The notes beneath the pieces were generated by a model. That model searched no databases. It saw only the letters and a list, made by a program, of their open reading frames with translations, and was not told where the DNA came from. Positions 1 through 12,043 of a DNA stretch of 64,000 bases are shown here, one piece after another; positions within the stretch are counted from its first letter, which is position 1, and each line of letters starts with the position of its first letter. The DNA is from Chara braunii (lineage: Eukaryota > Plantae > Charophyceae): the NCBI GenBank assembly GCA_003427395.1, contig BFEA01000016.1, positions 3,280,739 through 3,344,738 of the forward strand. Direction: 5' to 3'. Made by a program: the position numbers and the translations under genes.

Positions 1-64
<64 letters not shown>
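1..64. repeat. (TC)n microsatellite
   Basis: Pure TC run; similar (GA/TC)n and (CA/TG)n tracts recur throughout the window (e.g. 3672-3734, 6663-6738, 11864-11921, 29216-29278, 29743-29822). Confidence 0.95.
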
Positions 65-68
<4 letters not shown>

Positions 69-149
69 CCTCCGCACGTGCCCTCTGCACTTGCGTCACA
101 ATGTGTCTGTCGTGGTTGGGGTCGGCGGCCCATAGATAAGCTCTTGCCT

Positions 150-1700
150 TCTAGTTTAGTTTCTCGATAGTATCATCCGGGGTTGTCCACATGAACGCTA
201 TATATACCCCACATCATGGAGAAGATAGATGTCTTGATTGTTAGGGCTCTGCCTAATAGGGATGTGAACGTCTGACCCCATTTGCCCATTGTATTGGCAG
301 TGTCAGTCAGTGAATTTTGCACCATCTGTAGGGCTGACCCATCTTTTGTAACTTAGATGCCCAGGTATCTTGCTGGGATCTTTGGTCTCTCCCATGTCAT
401 TTGGCTTTCCGGTCTCTGCAAGATCTGTACCGATCCTCCTGCTAGCCACCACCCAACTCTTTTTATCCAATTAACTCTTATTTCGGGGCCAATCTGAAGG
501 CTTCCATGGCTCTTGAAAGTGCTTTAAGGGACTAGTCTTGTCATTGTTCATGTATCTGAGGGGTAGGTCCATTGCTGCCGCTTGTTCTGTTGAGATCGTG
601 CGGTTGAGATGTTGGAGCATCCTGGCTCCGGCTTCCTTGATGCTGGTTGGACTTGGAGGTGGGGAGGGTTGGCTCTGGCCTCCTCGATGTTCATGTTGAT
701 TTCACTACTTCTACCATTCCTTCACTCTCTAAATGGACCTCCGTAGGGTCATTGCTTCTTTCAGTGAGTGCTTCTATTGTGCTCGGCCTGCTATTGGACT
801 TTATTCCCGACTGCTGTTGGCTTTTATTCTCGCAAAGAAAGACTTGGTCATGGACTCATTTAGTTCATACTGTTTCCCTCTGGCTCTGATATAAAGGCCC
901 TTGAGTTCCCATTGTCTCCATGGGGCTAAATCCCCTCTTGCTCTTTGGAATAACCCGAAGCAAAGGGCTGAATCGGGTTAAGGGAAGTCCGCCACTTTGA
1001 GCGCTGTCTCTAGGGCCTGTTTCCGTTCTTTACTGTCCTTAGCCATTTTCCTTGGGATTGTAGAGAGGGTAGTATAGCTTTTGATAAGCATGTTCATGTA
1101 GATTAAAAAAAAAAGCACATCATTCCTCTCGTGGAGGACATAATGTACCAACAAAAGAACCGTTGCGAAGTAACTCACTCCGGCATCGACGTATGAGTAG
1201 AAGGGTTGATAAACTTGAGATCCTCGTCACTCAGGCACTCCCATCTGTCTTGTGTTGGTAGGAATTCTTTTTTGGCTTGCTGCCAAAAGTCTCGAATACC
1301 ATCTTGGAAAGTTGGGCTCAAGTAAATGAGAGTTGTTTAATTTGAGGAAACCTGTACCTTTCCTGATGTATTGGTTGAATCTTATGATTGTCTCCACCAG
1401 TTTGTGGTCAAGGCCAATGTAGGGTGCTAGAAACAGGATATTGGCTTCCTTGATTGAACCCATTAAAATATTGGATGTGTATAAAGAAGTAACCTATCCG
1501 CGAGAAACCCGCATGCTGAGCGTGATTTTGTTCTTTGCTAATGAGCATGCTTTCTGATCGGGATGGAGTAGAGTGTGCAAGGGCTCCATTAAGTCGTAGT
1601 CTGTTGTCAGCTTTTGGACTGAAGCCGCCTACTGAGATAGTTGGATTCTGCACGATCTGGACACGTGGTCATTTGTCAGTTCAATCGCTGCATTCCAATC
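150..1700 (-). mobile_element. Degenerate, internally deleted L1/Tx1-clade LINE ORF2 remnant
   Basis: Minus-strand fragments FSRIGYFF (SRID motif) and GLDHKL...GTGFLKLNNSHL (end of the APE endonuclease); near 250 a TSLLGRAL segment homologous to the RT C-terminus of the LINE at 14891-25489; boundaries approximate. Confidence 0.7.
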
Positions 1701-3331
1701 TCCTGCGACATGCAAGGCGATATAGAGGGGGAGGAGTCTCCCAAGTGACTGCACACAAGCACCTCTTTCCGCTGTCTCATTTGGGGCGTAGATGTTAGTC
1801 AAAGCTGACCGGCAGTACTTAGATATCGCCGTGGTTCACTGCTTGCTCATGAGCCCGAAAGGAGGCTACACTCATCAACAATACATCAAAAGCAAACAAA
1901 TTACAACCTAGCAGAAACTGTCCGCAGAAGATAATTTTGTGTCAGGGTAATGGAATAGGAACTTTAACAAGCAGTTGCACAAATCAGGGGCACACAACTG
2001 TGCTTTAAATGGAGGGAAGAGGGAGGAGGAAATTTGGGCATGGGAGGAGGGTAGGATAAAGGGGCAAGAGAGAGGGAGAGGGGCAAAGTGGAAAGAACCA
2101 GGGAGGAGGGGGAAACAGGAAGGGCAGCCACGCCGTTGAAAACAGGGGGAACAAAAGCGCCCGTAAGAGGGTATCGCAGCGGTGCAAGGGCACCAGAGTG
2201 CTCTTGTAAAAAAAAAAAAAAAAAAGGGAAAGGGTTCGACTATTGGAGGTCGGGCGCAGGCAAAGGGTTTAGGGTGTAGGGTTTATCACAGATCTTCCAA
2301 AGGGGTAGGGAGATGCGTGGGGAAGATACGGACCGGCAAGTTTATCGGATGAGCTCTTTCTAGGGACAATGGTGCTATCTGGCAGACCTGGACCCTAGGT
2401 CTGAGAGGAAAGAGTGGGATAGGGCAAGCTGACAGTCAATCCTCCACCACGGTGGAGCAATCAATGCTGTTCAGGGATCCTNNNNNNNNNNNNNNNNNNN
2501 NNNNNNNNNNNNNNNNNNNNNNNNNNNNNNNNNNNNNNNNNNNNNNNNNNNNNNNNNNNNNNNNNNNNNNNNNNNNNNNNNNNNNNNNNNNNNNNNNNNN
2601 NNNNNNNNNNNNNNNNNNNNNNNNNNNNNNNNNNNNNNNNNNNNNNNNNNNNNNNNNNNNNNNNNNNNNNNNNNNNNNNNNNNNNNNNNNNNNNNNNNNN
2701 NNNNNNNNNNNNNNNNNNNNNNNNNNNNNNNNNNNNNNNNNNNNNNNNNNNNNNNNNNNNNNNNNNNNNNNNNNNNNNNNNNNNNNNNNNNNNNNNNNNN
2801 NNNNNNNNNNNNNNNNNNNNNNNNNNNNNNNNNNNNNNNNNNNNNNNNNNNNNNNNNNNNNNNNNNNNNNNNNNNNNNNNNNNNNNNNNNNNNNNNNNNN
2901 NNNNNNNNNNNNNNNNNNNNNNNNNNNNNNNNNNNNNNNNNNNNNNNNNNNNNNNNNNNNNNNNNNNNNNNNNNNNNNNNNNNNNNNNNNNNNNNNNNNN
3001 NNNNNNNNNNNNNNNNNNNNNNNNNNNNNNNNNNNNNNNNNNNNNNNNNNNNNNNNNNNNNNNNNNNNNNNNNNNNNNNNNNNNNNNNNNNNNNNNNNNN
3101 NNNNNNNNNNNNNNNNNNNNNNNNNNNNNNNNNNNNNNNNNNNNNNNNNNNNNNNNNNNNNNNNNNNNNNNNNNNNNNNNNNNNNNNNNNNNNNNNNNNN
3201 NNNNNNNNNNNNNNNNNNNNNNNNNNNCCCTTCCCCCCTCCATGCTAAATATTTTGAGTCTTTTGAGAAGTTTTGACTATCAAACAGGTGGGAGTTATTT
3301 CATCTAAAAATAGATGCTTCTCCCCAAAGTC

Positions 3332-3669
3332 CATGGCAACCGGCTGGACGTCTGGACCGGAATCCAGACGGTCCGGTTGTCTGGGTATGGGTCCGGTGTC
3401 TGGTCCGGTAGGTCCGGATTGGGCCTAATTTTGAAAAATTCGAAAAAAAAATTGGGGGGGGGCCAGGACATTTTTCGGGTCCTAGGCCGCCCCCAAAAAA
3501 TGCCCACGGTATTTTTTTGGCCGTTTCAGGGCCTACCAGACACCGCCAGATGCCTCCAACAGCTCCCTCTGCTGTTGTACTACGCTGGTAGTTCATCGGC
3601 TGAGGATGAGTCTGATTCTGAAAATGAAGCGCTGGCTGCAAAGCACCACAAGAACATCAAGCTAGATAC

Positions 3670-3737
<68 letters not shown>

Positions 3738-4217
3738 GATTTTGGTCAGATCTGTTCTTACACAGATCTGAATAACTTAACAGTTTAAATTTTCAATTTT
3801 CATATGAATATGAATTCGAAAGTCTAACTTCAAAGTTCAAAGTTCTGTTTCGTGCTGAATCTGCTGATTTTCGTACTCTTTTCTGAAGTGACTTGGGATT
3901 GGTCCGTTGAGAACTGGTTTCAAGTGTTGTGTGAGCTTCTCAATGTCTGTGACAGTATAAGTTGTGAATAGTGAAAGACAGTAAGCTGTGTTTAGTACTG
4001 TTTATTACTCTTTTTTTTTCTTTTTTTTTCCAGTCCGGACATTTTTTGTGTCTGGTGTACCAGTCCGGATGATCTGGGTCCTGTTTTGTCCGGTTGTCCG
4101 GTGCCTGTCCAGATTAGCGGACTCTGAACCAGTCCAGACAAATGTCTGGGCCTCAGTCCAGACAAATGTCTGGGCCTCGGTCCAGACATGTCCGGGTCCG
4201 GGTCCACGGTTGCCATG
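3332..4217. mobile_element. Non-autonomous hAT-like DNA transposon (MITE)
   Basis: 11-bp TIR CATGGCAACCG (3332-3342) / CGGTTGCCATG (4207-4217); 8-bp TSD CCAAAGTC (3324-3331) vs CCAAAATC (4218-4225); TCCGG/CCAGAC-rich subterminal repeats; no transposase ORF. Confidence 0.75.
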
Positions 4218-4628
4218 CCAAAATCTTTTTTTTTTTTTTTTTTTTGATGTGTGTGTGTGTGTGTGTGTGTGGGTGTGGGTGTTTTCTTGTTCTTTCTGGT
4301 TTTCTTTTGTCAGAAAGAACGGTAAAATTAATGTGACACTAAAGGCCACCTGCCAGTAAGCAGCAAGTTCTTCCTTTCTAAAAGTTTCTCATTTTCTCTT
4401 TTAGTGGTTGGGTGAGTGACAATGGGGCTGGTTGCAATACTCTGTTCGGTGAGTGTCAACTTGTTGTGATCCTTGCTCAATTCAATGATAAAAGCAGCCA
4501 GCATTCATTCATGGAGTCTGTGCCAGCATCGTGATGACAAGAGAAGTGAGAATGAGAGGAAGGGAAGAAGAAAAGAAGTAGACGAGAGCAATGGAACTCA
4601 AGAAACAACAAAACAATAACCTCCACCT

Positions 4629-4755
4629 CGTGGAAGAATCGGCAGGGAACGAAGACCCTGTTGAGCTTGACTCTAGTTCGACACCGTGAAATGACTTGAG
4701 AGGTGTAGAAATAAGTGGGAGCTGTATGGCACAAGTGAAATACCACTGCTTCTAA
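4629..4755 (+). pseudogene. Retroposed fragment of cytoplasmic LSU (25S/28S) rRNA
   Basis: GAAGACCCTGTTGAGCTTGACTCTAGT...GTGAAATGACTTGAGAGGTGTAG...TAAGTGGGAGC...AGTGAAATACCACT matches conserved eukaryotic LSU rRNA; flanked by the direct repeat AAAACA(A/T)TAACCTCCACCT (4610-4628, 4756-4774). Confidence 0.9.
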
Positions 4756-6530
4756 AAAACATTAACCTCCACCTTCTCTCTCCCTCCTCCTTTCAATATC
4801 CTCTTCTTTATTATCAAAGTACCTCAAAGTTCAAACAATCAATGCAAGTTTTCGCAAAGAATGAACAATGAACGCTGAGTCCGTCTCCCAGCAACTCCCA
4901 ACAAGAAGTAACTAAGAACAGTCTCTTGTCACTCAAGAACCTCTCTTAAGTCTATAATCTCACTAGGCGGTCAAGCATCACTCAAGCCTTTCTAATCACC
5001 CTTTATCCTCCCCATATCTTCAGTTGATGCGTGCTGACTGCCCCAGCCCATGACTCTTGGCTTCACTTGCCCACCCTCCACCTGGCCTCCCTCTGCCTTG
5101 GAGCTTGAAGCAAGTTGAAGGCATGTGGCCATAACCTCTCAGGCCTCGATCATAACCAGGAGGCCATCCACCATTGCCAGGCTCATTCCCAGCTCCTTCT
5201 CCACATCGGCTGTACTTCTATTCCAGTCACTTGCTTGGCTGATGCCTGACCTCCAGTAGGCTGGAGTGGGCACCCAGGGGCGACCACTGCCCTATTTTGG
5301 CATGAGGATGCTGACTTTCAGCTGTCTGCTCTACCAGGCTTGGACAGGATGAATCGAGTTTAAATGGTGTCCGAGTGTTATGATCCATGTGCCATGTATT
5401 TTATGAATCCGACTGTTATGATCCAACTACCATGCAGTCGTTCAGCCACACTCTCATACACGCACCTGCAAACAGTTTAAACCCCCTCCAACAGCCAATC
5501 GACTCAAGCAATTTGTGGTCACCCGGCAAGTAGAATAGATATAGAGAGCATAATCAACTCCTCCCTTCCTCCACCCCCTTCCGAGATTTCCGCGCAATTT
5601 TGCTATCAGTTAGCTGACAAGGGCTTGAAGCAATGGCAGGCCCTCATTTCAGCCCTGTTGCATCCGGTACTTCTCTCTCAAAGCTACTTGTCTGCCTTGC
5701 CGGTATCTAAGTCGATAGACCAGCGGTCCGAGAGTCCCTATGGGGTCCCTGCACGATTTCAGGTGCGCACAGCCTCAAATCTGCCGTGTTATTCTAACAA
5801 GTTGCCTTCTCATGTGTCCATCGTGCCAATTGAATACTTAACCCGAATGTTACCTTTTTTTTTTTTTTTTTTTTTGGTCTGTTCTAGTCCCTATCCGACG
5901 AGACTCACTTGGACCTGTGTAATGGGGCTCGACGGAGAATGAGTCTCAGGTGTATCCTTCTTGCTTGATTCTTTGTCGACCCCAGGCTGGGGTGTCTACG
6001 GCGTTCAGGTAGTACAAATACTCTTACAGCCCCTCAAAGCTTAGGAATTTGCAAAGGAAGGCATGCATGCCACACAATATGCAGAAACCCATGGTTTTCT
6101 GAGTCCAAGAACACAGACATAGACAGTTCTCAGTCTGATAACTCAAGACTTCGGCTGCTGAGGCGGAATAGGTCATTAAGAAGGCATGGAATGTTGGAAA
6201 CAGTGGAAAAAGGTTGCAAATGGTGGTCCAGAGGTGGTATAGCTTTGAATTTCAAAGTTTGAAGCTTTGAAAAGCGGGAAACGAGAAATCGAATTGTGTA
6301 GACCTTCTTTTCACTATCTCACTTGGGCATAATCAATCTGAACAAATCGAAGAGAACGGCATATGCTTGCCATGCGAGAGATGTAAATCCCTTGGCCAAG
6401 CCCTTCAGACCTTATCTGCTCAACCTATCAGCCTAAGGAACAGCAGCACAAGCACTAAGAAAGGTTGAGCTCACAATTAAGGAACGATGGAACTCATGGT
6501 ACTCATGTTCTATTGTGAAATTCCTTGCAG

Positions 6531-6656
6531 CCTCTCACTGGAGAACACTTTTCACAGTCGGTCAATAATGGTGGGCTGCATAAAGCGCCTATACCTTCTA
6601 CAGACATTGTACGAGGTCCACAAGATTCTTGGTTCGGCAGATCTTCTGGGTGCCCC

Positions 6657-6657
<1 letters not shown>
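6531..6657 (+). CDS. VPS13: VPS13-family exon (C-terminal region)
   Basis: cag|...|gtaagt; encodes LSLENTFHSRSIMVGCIKRLYLLQTLYEVHKILGSADLLGAP, matching the VPS13 KILGSADxLGNP motif. Confidence 0.8.
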
Positions 6658-6742
<85 letters not shown>

Positions 6743-7237
6743 ACACACTCACTCCCCCTCACACACTCATTGTCACACACACTCTCACACACACACGCAC
6801 CTCCCCCTACCCCACACTCCTATAGAACTCCGCCTTCTATCTCTTTCCCTCCACCCTCCCCTCACCCTCCCCTTTGTGCTACCAGCAAACACATACGAAT
6901 GAGCATCGTTAAGAGAACAGACGATATGAAGATCTGAAGTGAAATGAACAGGAGTATGAAGACGAAGAACAGACACAAAGGCTAAGTATAAGCTGAAGAG
7001 CTGAAGTGAAATGAACAGGAGTATGAAGATCTGAAGTGCAATGCACAGGAGCATACCTTCCCTTTTACTCTGCCTCAGTGCCTCCTGAAATAACGTGCAA
7101 GTGGGCCGTTAAGGCACACGGGGATGTGGGCAGCTGCCGCTCAACCACAATCAATGTGGGCAGCCTTCCCTACACTTACAAAACTTCCTAATGTGAGAAT
7201 TTTGGGATCCAGGCCGTCCGCGGACCTACTGGCCCAA

Positions 7238-7370
7238 CGGCCCGGATTGCCCCGCGATCTTAAGATTTTAAGATCGCACGGCAATCCAGGCCGTTCGCGG
7301 TCCTGCCGGCTCGTCGGCCCGGATTGCCCCGCGATCTTAAAATTTTAAGATCGCCGGGCAATCCGGGCCG
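7238..7370. repeat. Two tandem ~56-bp palindromes (period ~77 bp)
   Basis: CGGCCCGGATTGCCCCGCGATCTTAAAATTTTAAGATCGCCGGGCAATCCGGGCCG and a variant copy; probably the subterminal part of a DNA transposon. Confidence 0.8.
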
Positions 7371-7639
7371 TCGGGCTGGGAACGGCTTGGATCGCCGCGC
7401 AATCTTTGGACAACCGGTAGGGCCCTGTGTAGAGGGCCAGGGCGTTTTTGGCCGTTGCAGGGCGGCGCTTTCCCTGCACTGAGGTCCAACCAGCACCAAC
7501 GCCCGCCCGTCCACTGGAACAAGCACATGCACACACAATGCCCGCCCGTCCACTCGAACAAGCACATGCACGCACACTCGCACATCCACGCACACACGCA
7601 CAAGCACGAACACACGCATGCATGCAAATGCATCACGGG

Positions 7640-7696
7640 CAGACTTTCAGGGTTGAACCTCCTGATGAGTTGGTGAAAGTCCAGCGAAACAGTCTG
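7640..7696 (+). ncRNA. Type III hammerhead ribozyme motif (probably partly decayed)
   Basis: Core CTGATGA (7662-7668) and GAAA (7686-7689); stem II GTTGG/CCAGC; stem III CAGACT/AGTCTG; short stem I; putative cleavage after TTC at 7648. Confidence 0.7.
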
Positions 7697-7768
7697 GCAC
7701 AGTCGTGCTTTTTTCATGGGGTTCAAACAAACACACGAACTGTGGGTGGGTGGGTGCGCACGCATCCG

Positions 7769-7835
<67 letters not shown>

Positions 7836-8284
7836 NNNNNNNNNNNNNNNNNNNNNNNNNNNNNNNNNNNNNNNNNNNNNNNNNNNNNNNNNNNNNNNNN
7901 NNNNNNNNNNNNNNNNNNNNNNNNNNNNNNNNNNNNNNNNNNNNNNNNNNNNNNNNNNNNNNNNNNNNNNNNNNNNNNNNNNNNNNNNNNNNNNNNNNNN
8001 NNNNNNNNNNNNNNNNNNNNNNNNNNNNNNNNNNNNNNNNNNNNNNNNNNNNNNNNNNNNNNNNNNNNNNNNNNNNNNNNNNNNNNNNNNNNNNNNNNNN
8101 NNNNNNNNNNNNNNNNNNNNNNNNNNNNNNNNNNNNNNNNNNNNNNNNNNNNNNNNNNNNNNNNNNNNNNNNNNNNNGGCCGAGGAAGAGGGGAGGGTTG
8201 CAGGGAAGAGGAGGGGGCCCTGGGGCGTTGAAGGCACGAAGTGATTTTATTTTCCTTTTTTTTTTTTATCTTTTCGCTTCTATG

Positions 8285-8369
<85 letters not shown>

Positions 8370-9337
8370 ATCCCCATCGGTTGCCTCCACCTTTTTGCTG
8401 CATCACCTGTCGCGTTTGTTTTTGCGAGCGAAGCCGCAACAGGTCATCTAGTGTACATAAGAGGCATAGTAAAAGAGGATCTGTTGCCCCAAAGAAACTC
8501 CAACTAAACACAGTTCTAAATGGTTCTATAACTTCTATTATGATTCATGTTGCTTGCTAAAGAGGTGAAATTCTTTAATTGTTGGGCTGGCTCAAGTCGA
8601 ATCTACTCGTCTGGGTGGAACGGGGGCTGTTGTGGTGGAAATTTAAAACACACACACACAAAAAAAAAAAAAAAACCGAAAAAGAAAAGAAAGGAGAATG
8701 ACTAGTTTTCGATGCAGCTGAGAGAATCAGTAACTTTTGACACAGTCCAGACCCACCTGCGTGGAATGGGAGCCGTTGTGGTGGAGGAAAGTGGGAGTGG
8801 AAGGGCCATGGGATGCAGGAGGTGAATGAGAGAGAGAGAGATGGGTAATAGACTGGCAAAATGTTCAGTGATTTTAGGATCCGTCTGAAGCTAAGATTGT
8901 ACACGTTATCAACGAAGCGCCCTACAAATATGTATCAGAAATACCAAAGAAATGAGGGAAGCGTCTTTGGCTTCACAGATTTGCCAGCTTTTTCATCTCT
9001 TTTTTTCTCTCAAAAAGAGCCGTATGGCCTGGCTCAATAATACTAATATTCATTCTGGGAAGCGTCAGTCGGGTTCTGTTCCACCGGTGAGTCAGCATTG
9101 ATTGCTCATGTCCTGGAACAACGACTGTAAGCTAGCCCCGTCCTTCTTGGATGCCTCTCAGCCTCAGTCATGCCGGGACTCTCGGATTTGCTACTGAGAA
9201 CCTCAAAATGTCCCACCAGGACCAGGTTCCTTCTGTTGCTGTCCCATCCAGTGCTGAGGTTGTCTTTCCTTTGGATCTTCAGTTCTGTCTCTGTGCCATC
9301 ATCAATGCGGATTTGCCAGATCTTCAAAAACAAATTC

Positions 9338-10520
9338 TGTAATGACCTGCAAAATCACAGACTGAGAACTGTGCTGTTTTCTGAGTTTTGCCGCTGGACT
9401 GAGTAACTTGCTGAGATTCCCGTATTCTGCTGAGATTGCCTCATGCTGCTGAGATTTCTAAGTACGTGTGTCTTCATGATTGCGGAGTTTCCATGTGTTT
9501 GCCTGACTGCATGATTGCTTGGGTGTGTGTGTGACCCGCAAGGGTACTTGTGTGCTGAGAAGGCCCCCGAGCCTGGTACTTACCTGTGGTTGTGCTTTTG
9601 TGAGGGTGCAGAGGGATTTAGAAGTAGGCTAGGCCCATGCAGGTTGGAAAACGATCAAGTAGCAGGTAGGTAGGCAGAAGAAGACAAAAAGTTAGTACCC
9701 TTAGAGGCCGAAGTGAATTTAGAGTCCGGTAGGCTAAGGAAAAGTACCAGTCCAAGTAGCCTGAGTGTAGAGCCTGCAGGAGGGGATATCAGATTGCAAT
9801 GATGTTTGCCTCAGAAACAGGGAAGGCACCGGTAAGCCTAGAAAGTCACCGCCCGAAGAGGTAGTGGTCCGGTATATCTTGGGAGAGAGGGAAGAGCTCT
9901 TCCTCACTTGGCAGTGTGATGTTTGGGCATCATGTTGGAGGAGTGCGCACTCAGTTTCGGGGGGCTGGGGAGGAAAAAGGCGGGCTTGGCCCTCCACCTT
10001 GGCTATGGGGGAGAGGATCAAGGAGGAGACTCCAGGGGAGCAGGAGGAGGAGGAGGAAGACGGTGAGCAGGAGGAGAGTGGCAGGTGTGCTTACCTAGCT
10101 GTGGTGGTCTGCATCTTTGGCAGGTGTGCTTACCTAGCTGTGGTGGTCTGCATCTTTATCTTCTTGGTTGGCTCTGCACCTGGAAGGCCCCAGTTGTGTT
10201 GGCTTCTACAGGGAAGGCTTCGGGCCAGTGATAGGCATTGCGGCCATAGTAGGGGGGACACACTAGCTTTGCGTTATCCTTTGAACATCGGAGCTTTGCT
10301 CCGCTAGTCCGCCATAGCCACCTGCTTGACCAAGGAGGAGGAAGGTGTGGGAGATGGCTATGGAGGACCTCTTGAGTGGCTGGCAGTAAGGAGAGGATTC
10401 GGACCTTGGTTCTGGTTCGTTCTTTCATTGTTATCTAAACTCTATACTCTTAGTAAAATGTAAGCCTTGTTTTCAGTAGATTCGGTTTTTTTTTGTCTTT
10501 TTCCAATGCAATGCCACAGC
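9338..10520 (+). mobile_element. LTR relic (one end lost), homologous in inverted orientation to 12608-13964
   Basis: Begins TGTAATGACC; colinear with the reverse complement of 12608-13964 over ~1.1 kb; strand is relative only. Confidence 0.65.
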
Positions 10521-11013
10521 CAGCGGGCCTCACCACATGAACAAAAGGCAAAAAAATATGGCTGTGTATCTTTCAATGTTCTAGCAGAAGATGCGTTTTA
10601 ATTTTGCCCCATTTGGTGAGCAGTGGAGCAAGGCCCGATAGTTGTACTCTTAGGGCCTCGCTCCACTCCTCACGACATGCACAAAAGAAAGAAAATAAAA
10701 TATGGTCGTGTATCTGTCCATGTTCTAGCAGAAGATTCATTCTCATTTTGCACATTGGATGAGTAGTGGAGCGAGGTCCTTAGTAGGTTTTTTTTTTTTT
10801 TTTTTTTTTTTTTTGGTGGTGTATGAGGATGAATCCTCCACTAGAATATGGGCAGATACATGCATGTGGTGAGTAGTGGAGTGAGACCCATTGTCAGCAA
10901 ACACACCGCCATCTGAAAGCGCCACCATCTCACTGCAATCACAGCAATATCCGGACCGGATGAATCTGACCACGTGCGTGCCCTAAGTTACCTAGATACA
11001 GTCCTTTTTTTTT

Positions 11014-11285
11014 CTTTTTTTCTTTTTTAATTGAAAGGGCGACGACCTTGAGATATCAGCATTGAGCTGAGCGGGCCCCAGCAACTCAGGCAATTCAGAA
11101 ATATCTGGCTTTATTATTTAATTTTTTTTTCGAAGAAAACAACCCGAGTGAATGCTAGGGGTGCTGATAAGAGCAGACACCACTAACATGCTCAGGGCGG
11201 CTTTATTAATCTAGAACCATCATCTGGATTTGAACTCTGGTCTGCATGTCAACAGTTCATGGGTGTGCCCACTGAGCTAGGCTCT
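11014..11285 (-). mobile_element. tRNA-derived SINE, full length with A-rich tail
   Basis: Minus strand: GAGCCTAGCTCAGTGG (A box)...GAGTTCAAATCC (B box)...CTCAAGGTCGTCGCCCTTT plus A-rich tail; homologous copies at 14599 and 37413. Confidence 0.8.
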
Positions 11286-11387
11286 GTCCTTCGGGACATC
11301 CGCTAAAATTGGAACGATACAGAGAAGATTTGCATGGCCCCTGCGCAAGGATGACACGCATAAATTGAGAAATGGTCCTTTTTTTTT
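11286..11387 (+). pseudogene. U6: Full-length U6 snRNA retrocopy
   Basis: GTCCTTCGGGACATCCGCTAAAATTGGAACGATACAGAGAAGATTTGCATGGCCCCTGCGCAAGGATGACACGCATAAATTGAGAAATGGTCC plus T run matches plant U6; ACAGAGA box intact but the catalytic AGC triad reads TGC (11331); no upstream USE/TATA because a SINE abuts it. Confidence 0.93.
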
Positions 11388-11860
11388 AATACAAAAACAC
11401 GGATCCTTATATTGCCAAAAAGAGAGGGAGGAGGGGAGTCCGTCCACAAACAACCCGTCTACGTACAGTCCCGCTGTGAGTTTGTGTTTTTTTAAATCCC
11501 TTCTGAATCTCTCGGTTGTTTCCTTTATGGGATTCTACCTCAAGTCCCCCTATCAACGGTGGATGGTTGTGCGATTTAACCCCGTGGGCTTTGCAGCTTT
11601 TTTTTTTTTTTTTTTTTTTTTTAACCAGCAGTACGTTCCCCAGGCAATGTGCTTTTTTTGGCCCCCTCTTGGTCACCGCCACGTCTGTGGCGGGCATCCT
11701 CTTGTTATTTTGTTATTGAACTTATTGTTAAGAAGAATATGGGAAGTAGTTGGAGGTTGGAGGTGATGGCAGGAGAAGGGGGAATTGACATTGGTCTTTG
11801 CGGGCGTGCATCTTCTTCTTCTCCTTCTATTCTTATTCCTCTTGCTTTCCACTGGCAAGA

Positions 11861-11925
<65 letters not shown>

Positions 11926-12043
11926 GTGTGTGTTTTGCCCACTAATTGACCCATGTGAAGACTGACTGTGTTTTTCGCGAACAGTCTCATGCTAAGTTTG
12001 TTGATAGCATTTGTCGTGAACTGTTGAAAATTGCTGAATGCAG

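Noticed and set aside
2452-3276. Long ORFs spanning N gaps or microsatellites (also ~7337-8560, 28923-29955, 32307-32953, 38604-38984, 42971-43698)
   Set aside because: Artefacts of gaps and simple repeats
5680-6470. Additional upstream VPS13 exons
   Set aside because: Splice-like sites and faint similarity exist, but the frames contain stops and could not be joined convincingly
9576-9590. TACTTACCTG resembling the U1 snRNA 5' end
   Set aside because: No further U1 similarity; equally the reverse complement of a splice-donor consensus inside an LTR
11286-11387. Functional U6 snRNA gene
   Set aside because: AGC triad mutated, no upstream promoter elements, and it lies within a TSD
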